DNA of 64,000 bases, taken from NCBI GenBank assembly GCA_001244265.2, contig CDLV01000008.1, forward strand, positions 2,108,001 through 2,172,000. Reading direction: 5' to 3'. Both the position numbers and the translations under genes were made by a program. The notes beneath the pieces were generated by a model. It saw only the letters and a list, made by a program, of their open reading frames with translations. It was not told where the DNA came from and made no database searches. Shown here piece by piece: positions 49,870 to 63,400 of this stretch. The number at the start of each line of letters is the position of its first letter. The first letter of the stretch is position 1. This DNA comes from Microbotryum violaceum (lineage: Eukaryota).

Positions 49870-51413
49870 CTACCAGGAATCGACTGTTCTCGGGTCCAAC
49901 CTCTCGGTCTCTTGTTCGTACTCGACCTCGACCCTCGGCCCCTTCTTGATGTTTCCTCCCTTGCGAGGTTTCTTGACCGCTCGCTTCGGCGTTGGCGGTT
50001 CGGGCTTGGTCGCTTTCCTCTTCCCCTTTAGATCCTGAACCTCTTGATCTTCATCATCCGATCCATCCTGTTCCGAACCCTCCTCCTCACTTCCACTCGG
50101 CTCATCCTCGTCCGAATCTTCGGACCAAACCCTTTCTTCATCCCCACCCACGTCCTCCAAATCCTCCAAATCACTCTCATCGAAATCACTAACAAACTCA
50201 GCCTGTCCAGTCTCATAATCCTCCTCTTCCTCGTCCTCCTCAAACTCATCCGAATCGTAATCAGTCTCATCATCGGACTCCATCCCCAACCCTTCCAATT
50301 CCTTCTCCCTCTCCTTCTCCCTTCAACCCCACCTTCCTTATCCCTCTTCTCACGATTCAAGACGGCTTGCCAAATTTGTTCATTAACGTTCAAAGGGGCG
50401 TCACCATACGCTCGGGATTTCAACCGAGCGATCAATTCCTTTTCGAGTGACTTTTCGAGTCGCGCGGCGGTGAGCGCTTTGGCTTCACGAGCGGATTCAC
50501 GTCGTTCCAATTTTTGCTTGATCGGTACGAGTTGAGGTCTGCGTGTGTAATCAACAACAGAGGTGAGGATTTAGCTTTGAGTTTGTAGTTTGAGCTTGGA
50601 TGGAAATTATAAGACTTACGCATCCTTGAGCTTGAGCTTTTGCATCTTGATGAGGTATTGGGTGATCTTGGTCATGCGTTGCTTGCACTTGTGAATGAGG
50701 TAATCAGGCCAGTAGATGAGGTGTTGATCAATCTGTTCGCAAGAGAAAACAAGTATCGCGTACTGTCAGATTGTATCCGTTCCGTCATAGTGAGAAGGTG
50801 AAGAGAGAAAGAAACCGACCTGATCCAACGCCTTTGTGTAATTCGAAGACAGCCTCACTCGCTCCCACATCTTGCTCGGCAAATGAGCCCTTTCGATCGT
50901 CTTCGTGTACAGATACACCGTTCCTGTTGAGCCGAAAATAAGTGACCCAGCGTCTCAGTGGGATGGACCGAATTCCGAGAATGTCTCCCTTTAGAGAAAG
51001 GTGGGTTTGATGGACTGACCGGCATGCTCGCGAACGGTCGCATACCTACTGTTGGCCAATGGGCATGATTGACGCGAGCAGAGACCAGTGAGGTTGTATT
51101 CGTTGCGACAAAAGTTTTGGGTGATTGTCCTGGCGAACCGAACGGATGGAAAGGAGAAGGAGCGGAGACGAGGTGGCGAGTGAAAGGACGACGAGTCAGC
51201 AAGCGTACGGGGGATACGGTCATATTCGTGTTTGATACAGCAGTACGCACTTGACTTTGTATGAGCAATGTTGGGTGTTGATGATACCCCTGTAAAGGTG
51301 CAATTCAGGGCGTTCCAAGTGGTCGAGCAGTCGAGTTCAGTCAGCTGATCAGCCTTTCGAGCGACCCGCTGTGTGCGACTGGTGACTGACCAGATGACGT
51401 CGTCGGACTGCAT
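49870..51413 (-). CDS. MAK16: Ribosome biogenesis protein Mak16, multi-exon
   Basis: [82 protein letters not shown], acidic tail, RVEVEYEQE. Confidence 0.95.
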
Positions 51414-52329
51414 ATTATTAGTTTTTCAGTTAGAGTGTCCGACGAGAGAGAGAGAGAAGTTGTAGAAGGTCTGTCTTTGCGCCGAGTCGATTCGGTGGTG
51501 ATCTCGACTTTGAGACCCGTTGTCGTGTGGCGCGATCAATGAGCTCGCAGCGAGCGCTTCAGACAGTCGAGGTCGTCAAAAAAGTACGGGGCAAATTCCC
51601 ACTGGTGGCGTTGTCGTACTGATCAAACTGTGTTGCTTCGTGGAGGCGAGCGGGGTGGAGATGAATGCGAGGAAGCGAACCAGACGAGAGCAGCCGACTG
51701 TGACTGACAGTGCTGACCGGCTGCGAACCGAAATTTGGCCTGGCCCGCGCCACTCACCGCGCCTCGCAGCGCTTCGTTGGAGCTCGTTGGCTGCGAAGCA
51801 CGTCGCGCTCGGCCGATCGACGTCGACAGCCCTGCCAGTGCTGCCGGACACGCTTAAGCTTAGTTGGTCCATAGTTAGTTAGATAACTATGTGTGAGTTC
51901 CCACCTTTCGGCCATAACTATCAAATCATGCTTAGTTAAACTAAATATAGTTGGGACTATGAAACTATGAAACTGGCCCCTAATGATGGCGCACGCCGTG
52001 AGGGCTTATAACTCAACGCAATTACCCCATTCCACTCAACAGTATACAACAGTTGTCTGGTTGTATTGAGCCTTTTGATCCTTTGCGTTTTGCTACCGAC
52101 TTTTGAGAGCCGCTCACCTCTCAATGTACCCTCTTATGGTAGTGTAGTAGTATAGTGTATGTGAAAGCGGGCGGTATACATTACATTAATTGTTTGGTCG
52201 AACAGTAGGTACCTAGGAAAGTTGATGTTGCACTTCTAGCCCTTTGAAACCATCATTGACAAAGGCGAGAAGAAAAGGAGACGAAAATCGACTGTCGATG
52301 CGAACCCCAATTTAAACAACCGCCGGGGC

Positions 52330-53245
52330 TTGGTAAGGCGTGCACATACTTTTGTTTGGTGTCTCTTTTGGCAAGATGGTTTCTTCACACACGTTGAAGT
52401 CGCATGGGCTACCGATTCTTGGGTAAAGCGAGGGATTGTAGGTGTGCGCGCAAAGTATCGAGCTCTCGTGGAAATTGCCCGGATTGGCACCGAGGTGCGT
52501 CAAGCGCTGGCGTGGCTCGAGGACGAAAAGGACCGTATTTAAGTTCCAGCCAGCAAGCACTCTGGACAAGCATATCAGGTGCGCATGTAACCTGAGGAGC
52601 CCACGAAGCGTTTGGTTGTTGAGATCATTCCACTCCTCCAGATCTTGTTCCTGCGACGATCGAGCTAGACCATATCAGGACTGTTCGGCAGTCGTGATAT
52701 TGGACAGGTTCGCGCTCGCGCTATCCTCATTGGATCATCGAATGGATGATCTTCGAAAGCGAGAGTTTGCGTGGTCTTCCCAAGATCATCTCTACGACGT
52801 TTGGAGGAAGACTCGCGATACCCACGACGCCCTCGAGTCGATGCCACCTGCGCTGGTCGAATTCCGGAATCTACATCACCGGCAAAACTCCATCCGGGTG
52901 ACCACATTTTCCAACATGCGATCAGGTGTTCGCCTCCACGCACAGCGTCGTGCTTTGCGGGTACAGGGGCCATTGGGCTTGCGCGACCCGACACAATCTC
53001 CGAGTCCGCCATCGCCCGGCGACATTCAACAGGCGCAGATAATCCAGGCGCAACTGGATGGCGTGCAGCGTGCAGAAGAGGCCAAGGAGGTGGAGGCCCT
53101 TACGACGCTCTTGCTTCAACAGAATGATGATCTAGATGGCTACGCTGAAAGCTCTTCTGGCGAAAATTACGATGATGCAGTCGCTCGCCAAGAGAACGGT
53201 TACTGTTCGGACCTGAGCGTGGAAGACGAGAGCCTTGGCCTATAA
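52330..53245 (+). pseudogene. C-terminal fragment of a KDZ-like transposase
   Basis: FWQDGFFTH..AWATD..VKRGI..RALVEIARIGTEVRQALAW resembles, from recall, the helical C-terminal region of basidiomycete KDZ transposases; no catalytic core seen. Confidence 0.5.
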
Positions 53246-53458
53246 CCGAGAAATCTAGAATTGCTATTAGCTACAGCAGATTGCCCTAGACCTCGAGGAA
53301 TGTTTGAGGGATATTGATGAAAAAAGGTGTATAATACATGTCATTGAAAACGATCATGAGTTGATCGGTTGTACCCACCAGATCTTGATACAATATTCAC
53401 GAATACTCACGGGGTGAATACTTGCTGCGCATCTGAACCGAGTGAATTTCAAGCTAGA

Positions 53459-53824
53459 GACTTTTCGGGCTCAAAGCGCATGTGAATGCTCGGGTATACA
53501 ACACACTTTCCTCCTCAAAGTTGGTGACAAGGAAAGTCGGTGAGCTGGGTTCTAATAGGTCAGGCATCTCATGTCATCGGAAAGGGTCGTTTCGCAAATT
53601 TCGGATGTCCCGCCAAGCGCCTTCTTCCAACAAGTTGGCTCGCAAGTTCTCCCCGCCCGTGCTGAGTGACTTTTCGGGCTCAAAGCGCATGTGACTGCTC
53701 GGGTACACAAGGTACTCTCCTCCTCAAAGTCCTTAAGCTGGCTTCTACTAGGTCATCAATGCATCTCACGTCATCGGAAAGGGTCGTTTCGCAAATTTCG
53801 GATGTACCGGCAGGCGCCTTTTCC
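53459..53824. repeat. Imperfect tandem repeat, period ~209 bp
   Basis: GACTTTTCGGGCTCAAAGCGCATGTGA...GTCATCGGAAAGGGTCGTTTCGCAAATTTCGGATGT at 53459 and 53668. Confidence 0.85.
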
Positions 53825-54796
53825 GGGAAGTGCGGTTCGGCGGTTACCCTTTTAGCGGGTTTGTTCACTAGGCATGTCGTCGGAATGCAATGTATCGACC
53901 CCGGCGATTCTTGTGAGTGAATTTAAGGAGATATGAAGAGCACACGTTGTACTAGCCCACACGTGCCGCGGTCCCATACGTGCTCGCCCAGTGCTCCGTG
54001 GTTTTGTTCAGGTTCCCTTACCCTCGCCTCTCCGAGAGAGTCGCGCTATTTAACAGAGCAAGCAGTACGACGCTCCTACTGGTAACAATGTAGAATTCAA
54101 TTCAAACGGCGGGAAGCTTCATCGGATTCATTAACTGCACTCGTCACGGCAATGCATGTGTCACGTTCTTCAAGACTTTGGGGTCACCTTGCCGGCGACG
54201 GAGACCTCGACGGAGACCTACTACTAAGTAGCTGATTCCGAGTAACAGAGCCGTACACAGCTCTTTGGCATTCGGAGTTTTTGGTTTTTCGATTACTATG
54301 TACTGGTGTTTCTGAGCGGCCCTTGCAATCCTTAAACACAGGGCCAGGATGTCGATACAACAGGCTCTATCATCTCGGCCGTGAGCACGGGCAGTGCTCC
54401 GAGCCAGGGCCATTGTGCAAGGCACCTGTGACGGATACGATCCCTGCGTGACAGTAATCGTGGTAGCGGCAATAGGATTTTATATCCATGTAAAATCAAG
54501 AGGGTGGCATAGTCGCCCAGCAGCGTACATATTAGGTTGTCGACAAGAGGAAGACAGTACCGACCCAGTGAACCGTCGGTGCGAGCCAAATGCGCTTCCG
54601 GCCGCCGCCGGCGCAGGATTCAGGGTGCATCGTTCAGGGCGCATGGCGTGGCAGGGGGGCCGGCGGCTCTGCGTGAGTCTTACCAACTACCGTAGGATAT
54701 CGAGATTTTCTTTGAAACTGGAGTTATCATTTTAGTCAATGTATCAGGTGACAAAATTAGCCCAAAAGCCACCAGCAGTCTTCTCAGTTCAGTACC

Positions 54797-56376
54797 TCAA
54801 CCTTCATACATGAACTCTTGGGCAATACGTTGCAGCCGAGCAACCTTTTGCTCATCGGGTCGCCCTCGGTGTAAATTGGCAATAAGCCTTTGTGAAGGCT
54901 CTGATGTCACTTTGGCATCGTCCGACTGCCTCACGTCACTCGCCCTCGTCGCTACGGTCGCTGTCGCTGTTCTCAGTGTTTGCCCGCGCACCCGGCAATT
55001 CTTCTTCCAAATCAAATGACAACTCGCCAGCTCGCAGCAAAGGAATGATTCGATCTAGGTCCTTCACCGAAAATTTGCGTTTGCCGGTAGGGCTGCGAAA
55101 GTCGTCATGCAGAAGATGTTGACCGAGTCTGACAATAATTCTAGCCTTGTCCTTAAGCATTGCTGTGTTGTAAACGAATCTGTGCGTCTCGATGTCTTTG
55201 CCTTGCCTCTTGGAACGTCGCACTAGGGCAGCGTCTTGAAAGCACAAGACGGAAGCGAGCTTAGAGAATTGTGAGATAGCCATCCAGGCCTATCAGGCGA
55301 GCGGGTTGCGCGCTCACCAAAGAGGTCTTTGAGAATGGCACTATACCACTTGGTTTTGGTCGCAAGATTCTTGTCGTCCAAGCTTTCGGTCCAAGCTATC
55401 ACATTGAATGGGGTGCGAGGTTAGATAGGCCCAGCCACTTCGATTTGGAAGGCGGCGGGGGGGGGGGGGGGGGAGGTGGCGCAACTCACCAGCATTGACA
55501 GCATTGGCCCTCGTCTCCTCCAAGAACGCCTCGCCTGTGACGGCGTCAGTGAAGTCCATGAGTTGCGCCTGACGCCAGTCCTCATTGGCCCGCTTGCGTC
55601 GGCCCATAAAGGCTTGACCCCCGGGCGAAGCAACAATAAAGCGCTCTTTGCTGGTTTCCGGCAGATTTGAGGAAGCGATAGCGTACATCTCAATGCCGTA
55701 TTGTTGGGAAAATGTAGTTGCCTGGATGTTTGTTGCTTGAAGCGGATGAGCTGGAGACATCTACACGCGAGCTGGACCTCGAGCCGCGGACTTCTCACCA
55801 ATGTAGACAAGCTTGCCTGCAATCGCATTCTCGCTTTTCGAATCATTCGAAGATTTGCGCGTTCGAGCCGGGCGTGCCGCGTGGGTCGGTCTGAGTCGGC
55901 TTGATCGCTTTCGGCTTGCTCCATGGCCATGGCTGCAAGACACGCGGCCTTCTCGGCATTGTCACTGCAAATCTCGCGCCAATACGTACGCGCCACCTTC
56001 TGTCGGAGTATCAAATCTTTTGGGACTGAATATAAAGAGTATAGTACGAATCGTCAGCAATTCAGCAATCATGATGCGACCGTAGAACATCCTGCTCGGA
56101 CAAAAGTCGGGTCTTACCCTCGTCGCCGTTATTGGTTACCCGCGACTCAAAATATCGGCTTTTAACAAAATCGTTCCACGGGTTCGTCGAAGTAGTTAGT
56201 CGGGTGGTGGGCGAAGTTAAGCTCCGCAACTGCTGCGGTCGAATTTTGTTTTTAATGCAATAATGGAACTCTTCGGCAAGCCTCTGCATCGCCCATTTCT
56301 CATGCTGTAGACGTTCGTCTTTGTTGATATGACGCTTTGGAGCGCAATGTGCTTCTTCGTAGAGCTCCTCCGCCAA
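54797..56376 (-). pseudogene. Fragmented transposon accessory gene of unknown function
   Basis: Successive protein-like frames (56376-56062, 56014-, 55760-, 55283-54936) on one strand, convergent with the transposase remnant inside the TIRs. Confidence 0.4.
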
Positions 56377-57516
56377 CGCCCTCTTCGCCGGCGTAAGAGC
56401 CAGGCTCTGCTCTGATGTCGCGGTGGAAACCGAGGCGGTTGGGGCTAACAGTGCAATGTGGTAATGGCAGACGGGGGCACGTTAGTGCGAGACCAGGGCG
56501 CACCAGCAGCTAATCGACAAGTGAAGCCCGTCTAACGCACGTACCGACAGCGCGGCTGATGGAGGTTATGTGGGAGTCAGTGAGCTGGCCACGTGGATCG
56601 TGGTTGTCGTCTGCTTGCAGGTCGTACGGCTCTGGATACGAGATGTGGTCCTCAGCAGCTGCTTTATGTTCACCAACGCTGGCACAGGTGCAGGTGAGCT
56701 TGCAGAGACTAACGTACGCAGGTAATTAGAGGGACCCATCGCGTGATTTGCCAACGGTTGCGACATGATACAGAAAGAAACGAAGATGGAGGGAGTTGAG
56801 CTGGTTCGATAGAGTTCCAAAAAGGGTCGCCAGGTATTTTGTGCACTCGTGTAGTGAGAACGAGCTTGAGTATAAAGTTGGGCGAGGGAGGATGAAGAGC
56901 ACGTGAACCGGCTCAAAGTCGAAGTCCCCGCGCGAGCGCGACGCGTCCTCTCGCGTCCTACGAATCCCTTCGGCGCGTCCAAGGCTCCTTTCACCCGAGC
57001 AACCCATTTTTGCGTGTTGGCCGTGTACAGCATGCCACGACACATTTGCGCCTCTTCAAAAAATGTTCAAAAATCTAGACAATTACCCCGCGATGGAACC
57101 CAATGGTTCACTCTTTATCGAACTCATAGTAAATGACTTAGTGAAGTCGGCAAGTTGCGCAACCTGGGCCTATTCTGCTACCCTTGGTAGCAAGATTGCA
57201 ACCCACTGAAAGTGCGTCTGTGTGCCGTCTGGCAGCGCGCGCCTTACCAACGGTACTTTCTATGTCTGCCTGAGGTGCTTCTTTTTGGCCTTTGCTGCAA
57301 GGATGTGATGCGCCGATCGAGCTCCCCTCTCCTCTCTCCCCTGCTGAGCTATAGCAGTCACTCGCACTGCACGTTCCCTTCAGGGCCTTCACTGCACCGT
57401 CGACGTCTCCACCAGCCTCTGCCGCTGCGTTTATTACCTGTTGATACGGGTGCGTTCCTCACTCCCAAGATCACCTCACATTTGACGAAGTCGCCGACCG
57501 AACGTTTCATCTTGCA

Positions 57517-58243
57517 GGACGTTTCTCAGCTAGCCGCCACTAGCTCGTTCAAATCCTCGACGTGGCTCTGTCCTAGAGTACCTCGGGTAAGCGTTATTGG
57601 TCACCCAAACTTGTTGCACGGTGAACTTACCACTTTGTTTTCTACAGTGATCTAGCCAGTCCTGTACGGGAAGCTAGTGGGTAGTCTTTGTTGGACCACT
57701 TATCTGACTCGCACGCCCTGCATCTCTCAGCAGTCCTTTGCCGAACCCCTCTTGCTCGAAACGCAGCCTCTGCGTGCCTCCGCCGCATCACAGAGTTTCA
57801 CTTGTTCTTGCAAAGCTTCTGATCGATTCCTAGTCGCCGCTCCACTGCCCGATGTCGCATCGACCATCAAACTATCTTTCCGACGACTACGTCCCCCCCC
57901 CCCCCGAATGGCAAAAAGAATTAGCGATTCCCAGTACTTTCGAGTGCACGAAGGAGGTGATCGCCTCGATCTTCGCGGCTACAGAAGGAGCTTTGCAAGA
58001 ACAAGCTCAGGGTGATATCAGTTGGCTGCAACTGGTGAGAGTGGGGATAGCTACCTTCGTCTCAGCATACCTTTGCAAGAACAAGCGGAACTCTGTGGTG
58101 CGGCGGAGGCAGGCAGAGGCTGCGTTTCGAGCAAGAGGGGTTTGGCAAATGGACTGAGGACTGGCAAGATCACCCGAGTTACTCTAGGACAGAGCCTCGT
58201 CGAGGATTCGGACGAGCTAGTGGCGGCTAGCTGAGAAACGTCC
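57517..58243. repeat. Nested inverted repeats (fold-back)
   Basis: 57517-57588 pairs with 58172-58243; 57731-57815 pairs with 58071-58156. Confidence 0.85.
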
Positions 58244-58843
58244 CGTATCAAGAGGCGGTAATCCCGCTGGAACTTGACTCATTTTACCGCTACACGTCGC
58301 GCGAGCGGTCCAGGGAGTCGAGTTTTTTTGTCATGCCAGAACTAACTAACTATCAACTACGTCTCAGTATGAGTTGGGATAGTTAGTTAACTATTTGCCG
58401 TGGCGTAGTTAGTGAACTAACCAAGCTTGAGCGTGCTCAGGCGTTGGCCAAGCACAGAAGGTATCACCCCATCAACCCTGAATTTTGCCTAACTTCAAAA
58501 CAAAAAATCTCCATCGCCCAAATCAAGTTTCTTTTTCGGAAAATTCTGCACTGTCATCCGGCTCCGCCGTCACCGACCTTTGCACCCGATCTGATGAGTT
58601 TCGAGTGACTTGATACAGTAGAATTCAACGGGATCAGAGTGAGTGTTTCCAAGTTTTCCTCCTACTGTGGCGCGTAGCTAGTCGGGTATGGCTCCACACA
58701 TTAGTAGGCTCTCGGCCGGAAACGTCAGGCCAGCTCTACTTAGGAGTCTCCACGCCCCGAGCCTGTGAAGGTGCGCCGCGAAGAGTTAGTCCCGACGGAT
58801 CAAACGGAGAGCTGCTTCCATTTGATCCTGTCAAAAAAGAAAA

Positions 58844-58970
58844 TGGAAGCACCGCATGCAGCCGTGTCTCCAGAACGATAGACTAGATCAAATGGTAGCA
58901 ATTGACGTCTAGAACCTCGGGTCAGTGACCTGGCGGAAACCAAGAGAAGTTCAATGTACGCGCGAGCTAT
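58844..58970 (+). repeat. Repeat R, distant diverged copy with one internal unit
   Basis: TGGAAGCACCGCATGCAG..CTCCAGAACGATAGAC..GATCAAA..CTAGAACCTCGGGTCAGTGA..GCGCGAGCTAT aligns with 12065-12243. Confidence 0.82.
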
Positions 58971-60485
58971 CCGTGCTATAACACCATCTCCATCGCATTC
59001 CATGGGACACGGGGCAAAGAAAGCCTCGAGTTTTGGAGGGAAATAATATTCATGACACCGTTTCAGCGAAAGCCCCGGATGTTCAGCTCACACACCCCGC
59101 TTGAGCGCCGCAAACTGTGCAGGGTCCCGAACGAAAGCGTCAGTTGTTGCAGAATGAGGAGTGCGAGTTAGCCAATTTTCAAGTTTTCATTTCCTCGGGC
59201 AAGATCGCCCCAGAACGCGGCGCGGCATCCCGCTCGAGCAGGGATAGGAATCACCCCTGTTGAGAGCGAGATCGTCCGTCGAGACGAGATTTTAGCACCA
59301 CACTCGCTCTGTGCAGGGCTCAAAAGGAAGGACGTCAGTATACCGTTCTTGCATGACAATAGTTGTGATTTTTTGGCTTTTTTCAGAAACTGTTCGGGAC
59401 TTTCGTTTAGACGGCGGAGGCGTCTCGGCGTTTTCCATCAGGCCTCTTTGCAATTGGTCGGGAATCGCTCGCAAAGTCGAATCAGATGTCCAAGTCGAGC
59501 TATATGTCGAGGCCGAAGCGCCGATGCGGAAGCCGAAGACCCAGTCGGGAAGAGAAGAGTGGAGTTGAAAAGCGCACCGCACAACTAACCGCGTAGTTCT
59601 CTTGCCATCGATATCAGAAGACCGACCACAGTAGTTTTGCTGTCAGTGAGCAAACCTACCTCCGAATCTGTTGCTGGTTCACCAGGATGGGACCATGCTC
59701 ACCGAGCTCGGCGACTTTGACTGTTTATTGGAGGAGCGATGTTACAAAACAGGTCCGACCAATGAAACCACCCGAGTTGAATACTCTGGTGATGAGGCTT
59801 GAGCGCTTCGGTCCGGTCGCCGCTGTGGCAGTATGTCCTTCAATCTTCAATCGTATGTCGGAGTGCTGAGTACACATGCTGTGCGTGCCACGAGTGAAAC
59901 AAGACTTGCCAGTCTTCGGCCGACAGTAATGGGCATCTGTTGACGTCGTACAACTCAGGCTCTGCCTCCGAGTCGATCATGGGGCAACTTAAGCTTGGAC
60001 GGTGCGCGACCCGGGTTGCACGAAAAGTTGAGTGGAAAACGGTTTGCGCAAGAAGTTGAGGGAAAAACGGTTTGCGTGGGATACTTCGATCATGATTGGC
60101 GGTGGCTCAGTTGTTCTTCAAGCCGTCTGTACGGCTCTCCAGTATCTTCACTCTTCTCAGCCCCCGATCTACCCAGGAGACAGTTTACTAGCACCACCGT
60201 TTCTCGCGGAGGGTGGGGTAACAGTCCCGTGTCAGCCGACGCGGGGATCTCAGAATATCCGAGAAAGATCCAAAACTGAAAGGAGCCAGAAAGCGCACAA
60301 AGAGAGCTGTTACACAAACGCAAAGAACAAAGAACAAATGTCAAATGTCAAAGAACAAAGAACGAACATTGCCCATTTCCCGAAAAACATCGTGCTTTTG
60401 AACATCGCTTCAGGAAGCCCCTACTCGAGCCCACTCCTAGCATTCATCCCCCTCCTACCCATCACGACGATCCAAATCAACCCCC

Positions 60486-63400
60486 TCAATTCTCCGGCGA
60501 CATATCGGACCCCGTCAGCGGTCCCTGCCCCGCTATCCCTCCTGGCCCCGCACCCCTCCCTGGATAACCCGGTGTGATATCCGTCCCAGCGCCCTCAGAC
60601 AAAGACGAGAAGAAATTATTGCGTAAATAAGCGGCCCAATTCTCCGACATATGCACACCCATCGGGAAACCTTGAAACGCGCCTGCGTAAGACGGATCGG
60701 TCGATTCGAACATCCCTCGCGAGGTCGCGCCACTACCAGATTGACCTTGTAGCGGTTGGAGCGAGTTGGGGAGATGGCTTAATTCGTTAGGCGTTTCAGT
60801 CGGCGATAGGAACGAGTTCAGTCTGTGAGTTGTTTTTGGGTAGTTTTTTTTGTGAAGTTTTAGTGCTCTGTAAGCGCTTGTGAAAGCCTCGTGATGAACA
60901 CGTAGTTCCGACTCACAAATCTTGGAAATTCGTCGTCGAGTTGGACCCCTCGGGCGAGCGAAACTGCGACATATCCAACATTTGCCCCGAGGGGGACATG
61001 ATGTCGTACGTCTGGTGATGATGTTGTTGACCGGTATGCATCGTCGCATGTTGCTGAAGCGTCTGACCCGTCGTCGGCTCGGCAGGTAAAGTGGGGGACG
61101 AGGTCTGTACCGTTGTCGAGGGTTGCGTTGATGCCACCCCAGCGTGCAAGTGGTCGAACAAGCCGTGCATGTCCTGCGTCATCATCGCGTCCGTCGTCGA
61201 TGGAGTCGCGTTCGTAGCACTCGGATGCAGCACATCGAACGCGATCGTTTGCGGGGCCGTTTCCGGGATCGAAGGTGAGGAAGCAAGCGGAGCGCCGGAA
61301 GACGTCGTACGAGATCCCCGACTCGCCGAACTACTCTTCCTCCTAGGTTTAGGCACCATAGCCGCCGCGGTAGCTGGTGTCCTTCCCATCGGTCGAGCAA
61401 TGAATCGCGTCGGCGTTGCCGTCCCCGAATCAGGTTGAGCCGGTCGCTTGGTCCCCCTCAGAGCCGCCTCGGCCTCATCCTGCATCATCGACAAGTCCGC
61501 GCTGAGGTCAACTTCACTCAAGTCGACGAGCCCGTACAACAATTCCCATTGGCGGATCGCGCTACCCCAAATCAACTCCATCTCTTTCAACGCGTCCATG
61601 CACTGCGCGAGGTACATCTTGGCCGGTCGCGCGAGCGCTTCGTCGAACGAAGCGTTATAGACAAAGATGATGGCCGCGCTGAACAGAGGGTACGTCAAGA
61701 AGGGTGGACATTGACGTAGGGTAAAGGTCTTGCGGAAGACTTGGATGATGTTGGCAATTGCGATCGCCGAGGTCGAGCAGATCGAATGCGATGGGAAATT
61801 GCCGGGCGAGACCTCGCTGTTTTGCCCCGGGATGAAGGGTCGGTGGAGCAGGATTAAGGCTGAGTAAAACTGGAGGTGCAATGAGAGGACGTGCGGCGGC
61901 GGCACTCTCTTTGACGCGGGGCTGTAGACGAGCTGTGGAGGGAGCGCCAGGTACCAACTCGCGAGTGACTGGTCGAGCAGACTGAGCAACGTCTCGGAAC
62001 TTTGTCCGAGCACTCGGATGCGGATCGCGTAGATGTTGGCGATGATCTGAGGCGAAATGTGCGCAACGGATCAGTTTCGTGGGTCATCAACCCACATTTC
62101 ACGAAAACTCGCACTTACCCGATTGATGACGACGGCCAATGCACCGGCCGCACTGAAGCACGACATGGCATGGACCTTGGCCTGCGGATAAGCCCTAGTC
62201 GGCACCGCCTCGCTCTCCGGCGATTTGGGCGGACAAGTCCATTCCGTACCATCCGGCCGCAAGGGTACGAACTGCTCATGCTCGTCGGGTTCGTCCTCGC
62301 TTGGGAAGGAGGTGTCGTAGTCGCGTTCGTGGATCGTCCCAGGCCGACCGATGTACGAGGCCGTGTACCGATCGAGGATGATGCAGCCCCACCAGACGCG
62401 TTTGCGGGTCTGTTTCTCTTCGTGCGAGAAGCGTTGAACGGGGAGGAACCATTTCTCGACGTCGCGAAAAAGACCCAGGTCTTGGGCCATGCGGATCGCT
62501 GAGAAACGTAAAGTTAAATCAGTACCTACCTCACAAGAACATGCAGCCCAGTCCAACCGCAAACTCGCCCATGCCAGTATACAACCAACTGGACGACATG
62601 GCCCCCGTCCCAATCTCGCGGTACGCCAACAACAACAACGATTGCACCGTCACCAATCTACTCGAGCCGTAATCGTAATCGAGCAACTTCTTGGCCCTCT
62701 CCAAGTACACATCCCCGGCTGTCCAGTACTTGCCCTCTGTTCGATCACCGTCCAGATCAGAATATCGAGCGGCGAGAGCGAACATGGAAAGCAAGAGGAC
62801 GAGAGGGATTTTATTGATACCGGTATTGTCGGGTCGAGTATCCGTTTCAGGATGGGACATGCGATGACGGTACCCTCGGAGGAACGAAACTTTGTACACG
62901 ATGGGGAAGTGAGGATGCACGTAGGTCCAGTACAGGTCGAGGAGGTGCTGTTGTGCAGCCTTGTCCGGCAAGGCATCTTCGGCGATGTCGAGGCCGAGGA
63001 TCTCGCGTTCGGTCTTGCGCACGCGGCCATCGGCTGGCGGCCATACACCGGCCGAGGGGAAGGACCAGAAAAAGTCTGCACGGAGCACCCGAGGAACAAT
63101 GATGAGGATTCGTGTGCCCTAAGGCGCAGTAGCACCAAAGTGGGCGACTCACCCTTATACCTCGCACTCTTGGAGATCAAATACAACCCGCTCGACCTCC
63201 CATGGTACCTCACCTCTGAATTCTCATTCAAACTCAGTTGCCCGACGACATCTGCCAATTCCGACATGCTCGACATGGCCTCCGACTCGCCCGGATTGGC
63301 CCCTCCCGAAGGACTTAGCTCGGCATCCGCGCTCAAGCTGTACGATGCTGTGCCCGTATGTCCGACTTGGCGCGTATTGAGATGACCTTGGTTCGTTTGC

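Larger units (their letters stand above)
51849..58435. mobile_element. Degenerate TIR DNA transposon (6.6 kb), probably KDZ (Kyakuja-Dileera-Zisupton) type
   Basis: 23-bp imperfect TIRs CACGCTTAAGCTTAGTTGGTCCA / CACGCTCAAGCTTGGTTAGTTCA (19/23); subterminal ATAGTT/AACTAT motifs at both ends; broken ORFs inside; no TSD seen. Confidence 0.68.

Noticed and set aside
59168-59870. Protein-coding gene between repeat R and the transcription factor
   Set aside because: Short disconnected ORFs with no identifiable domain.
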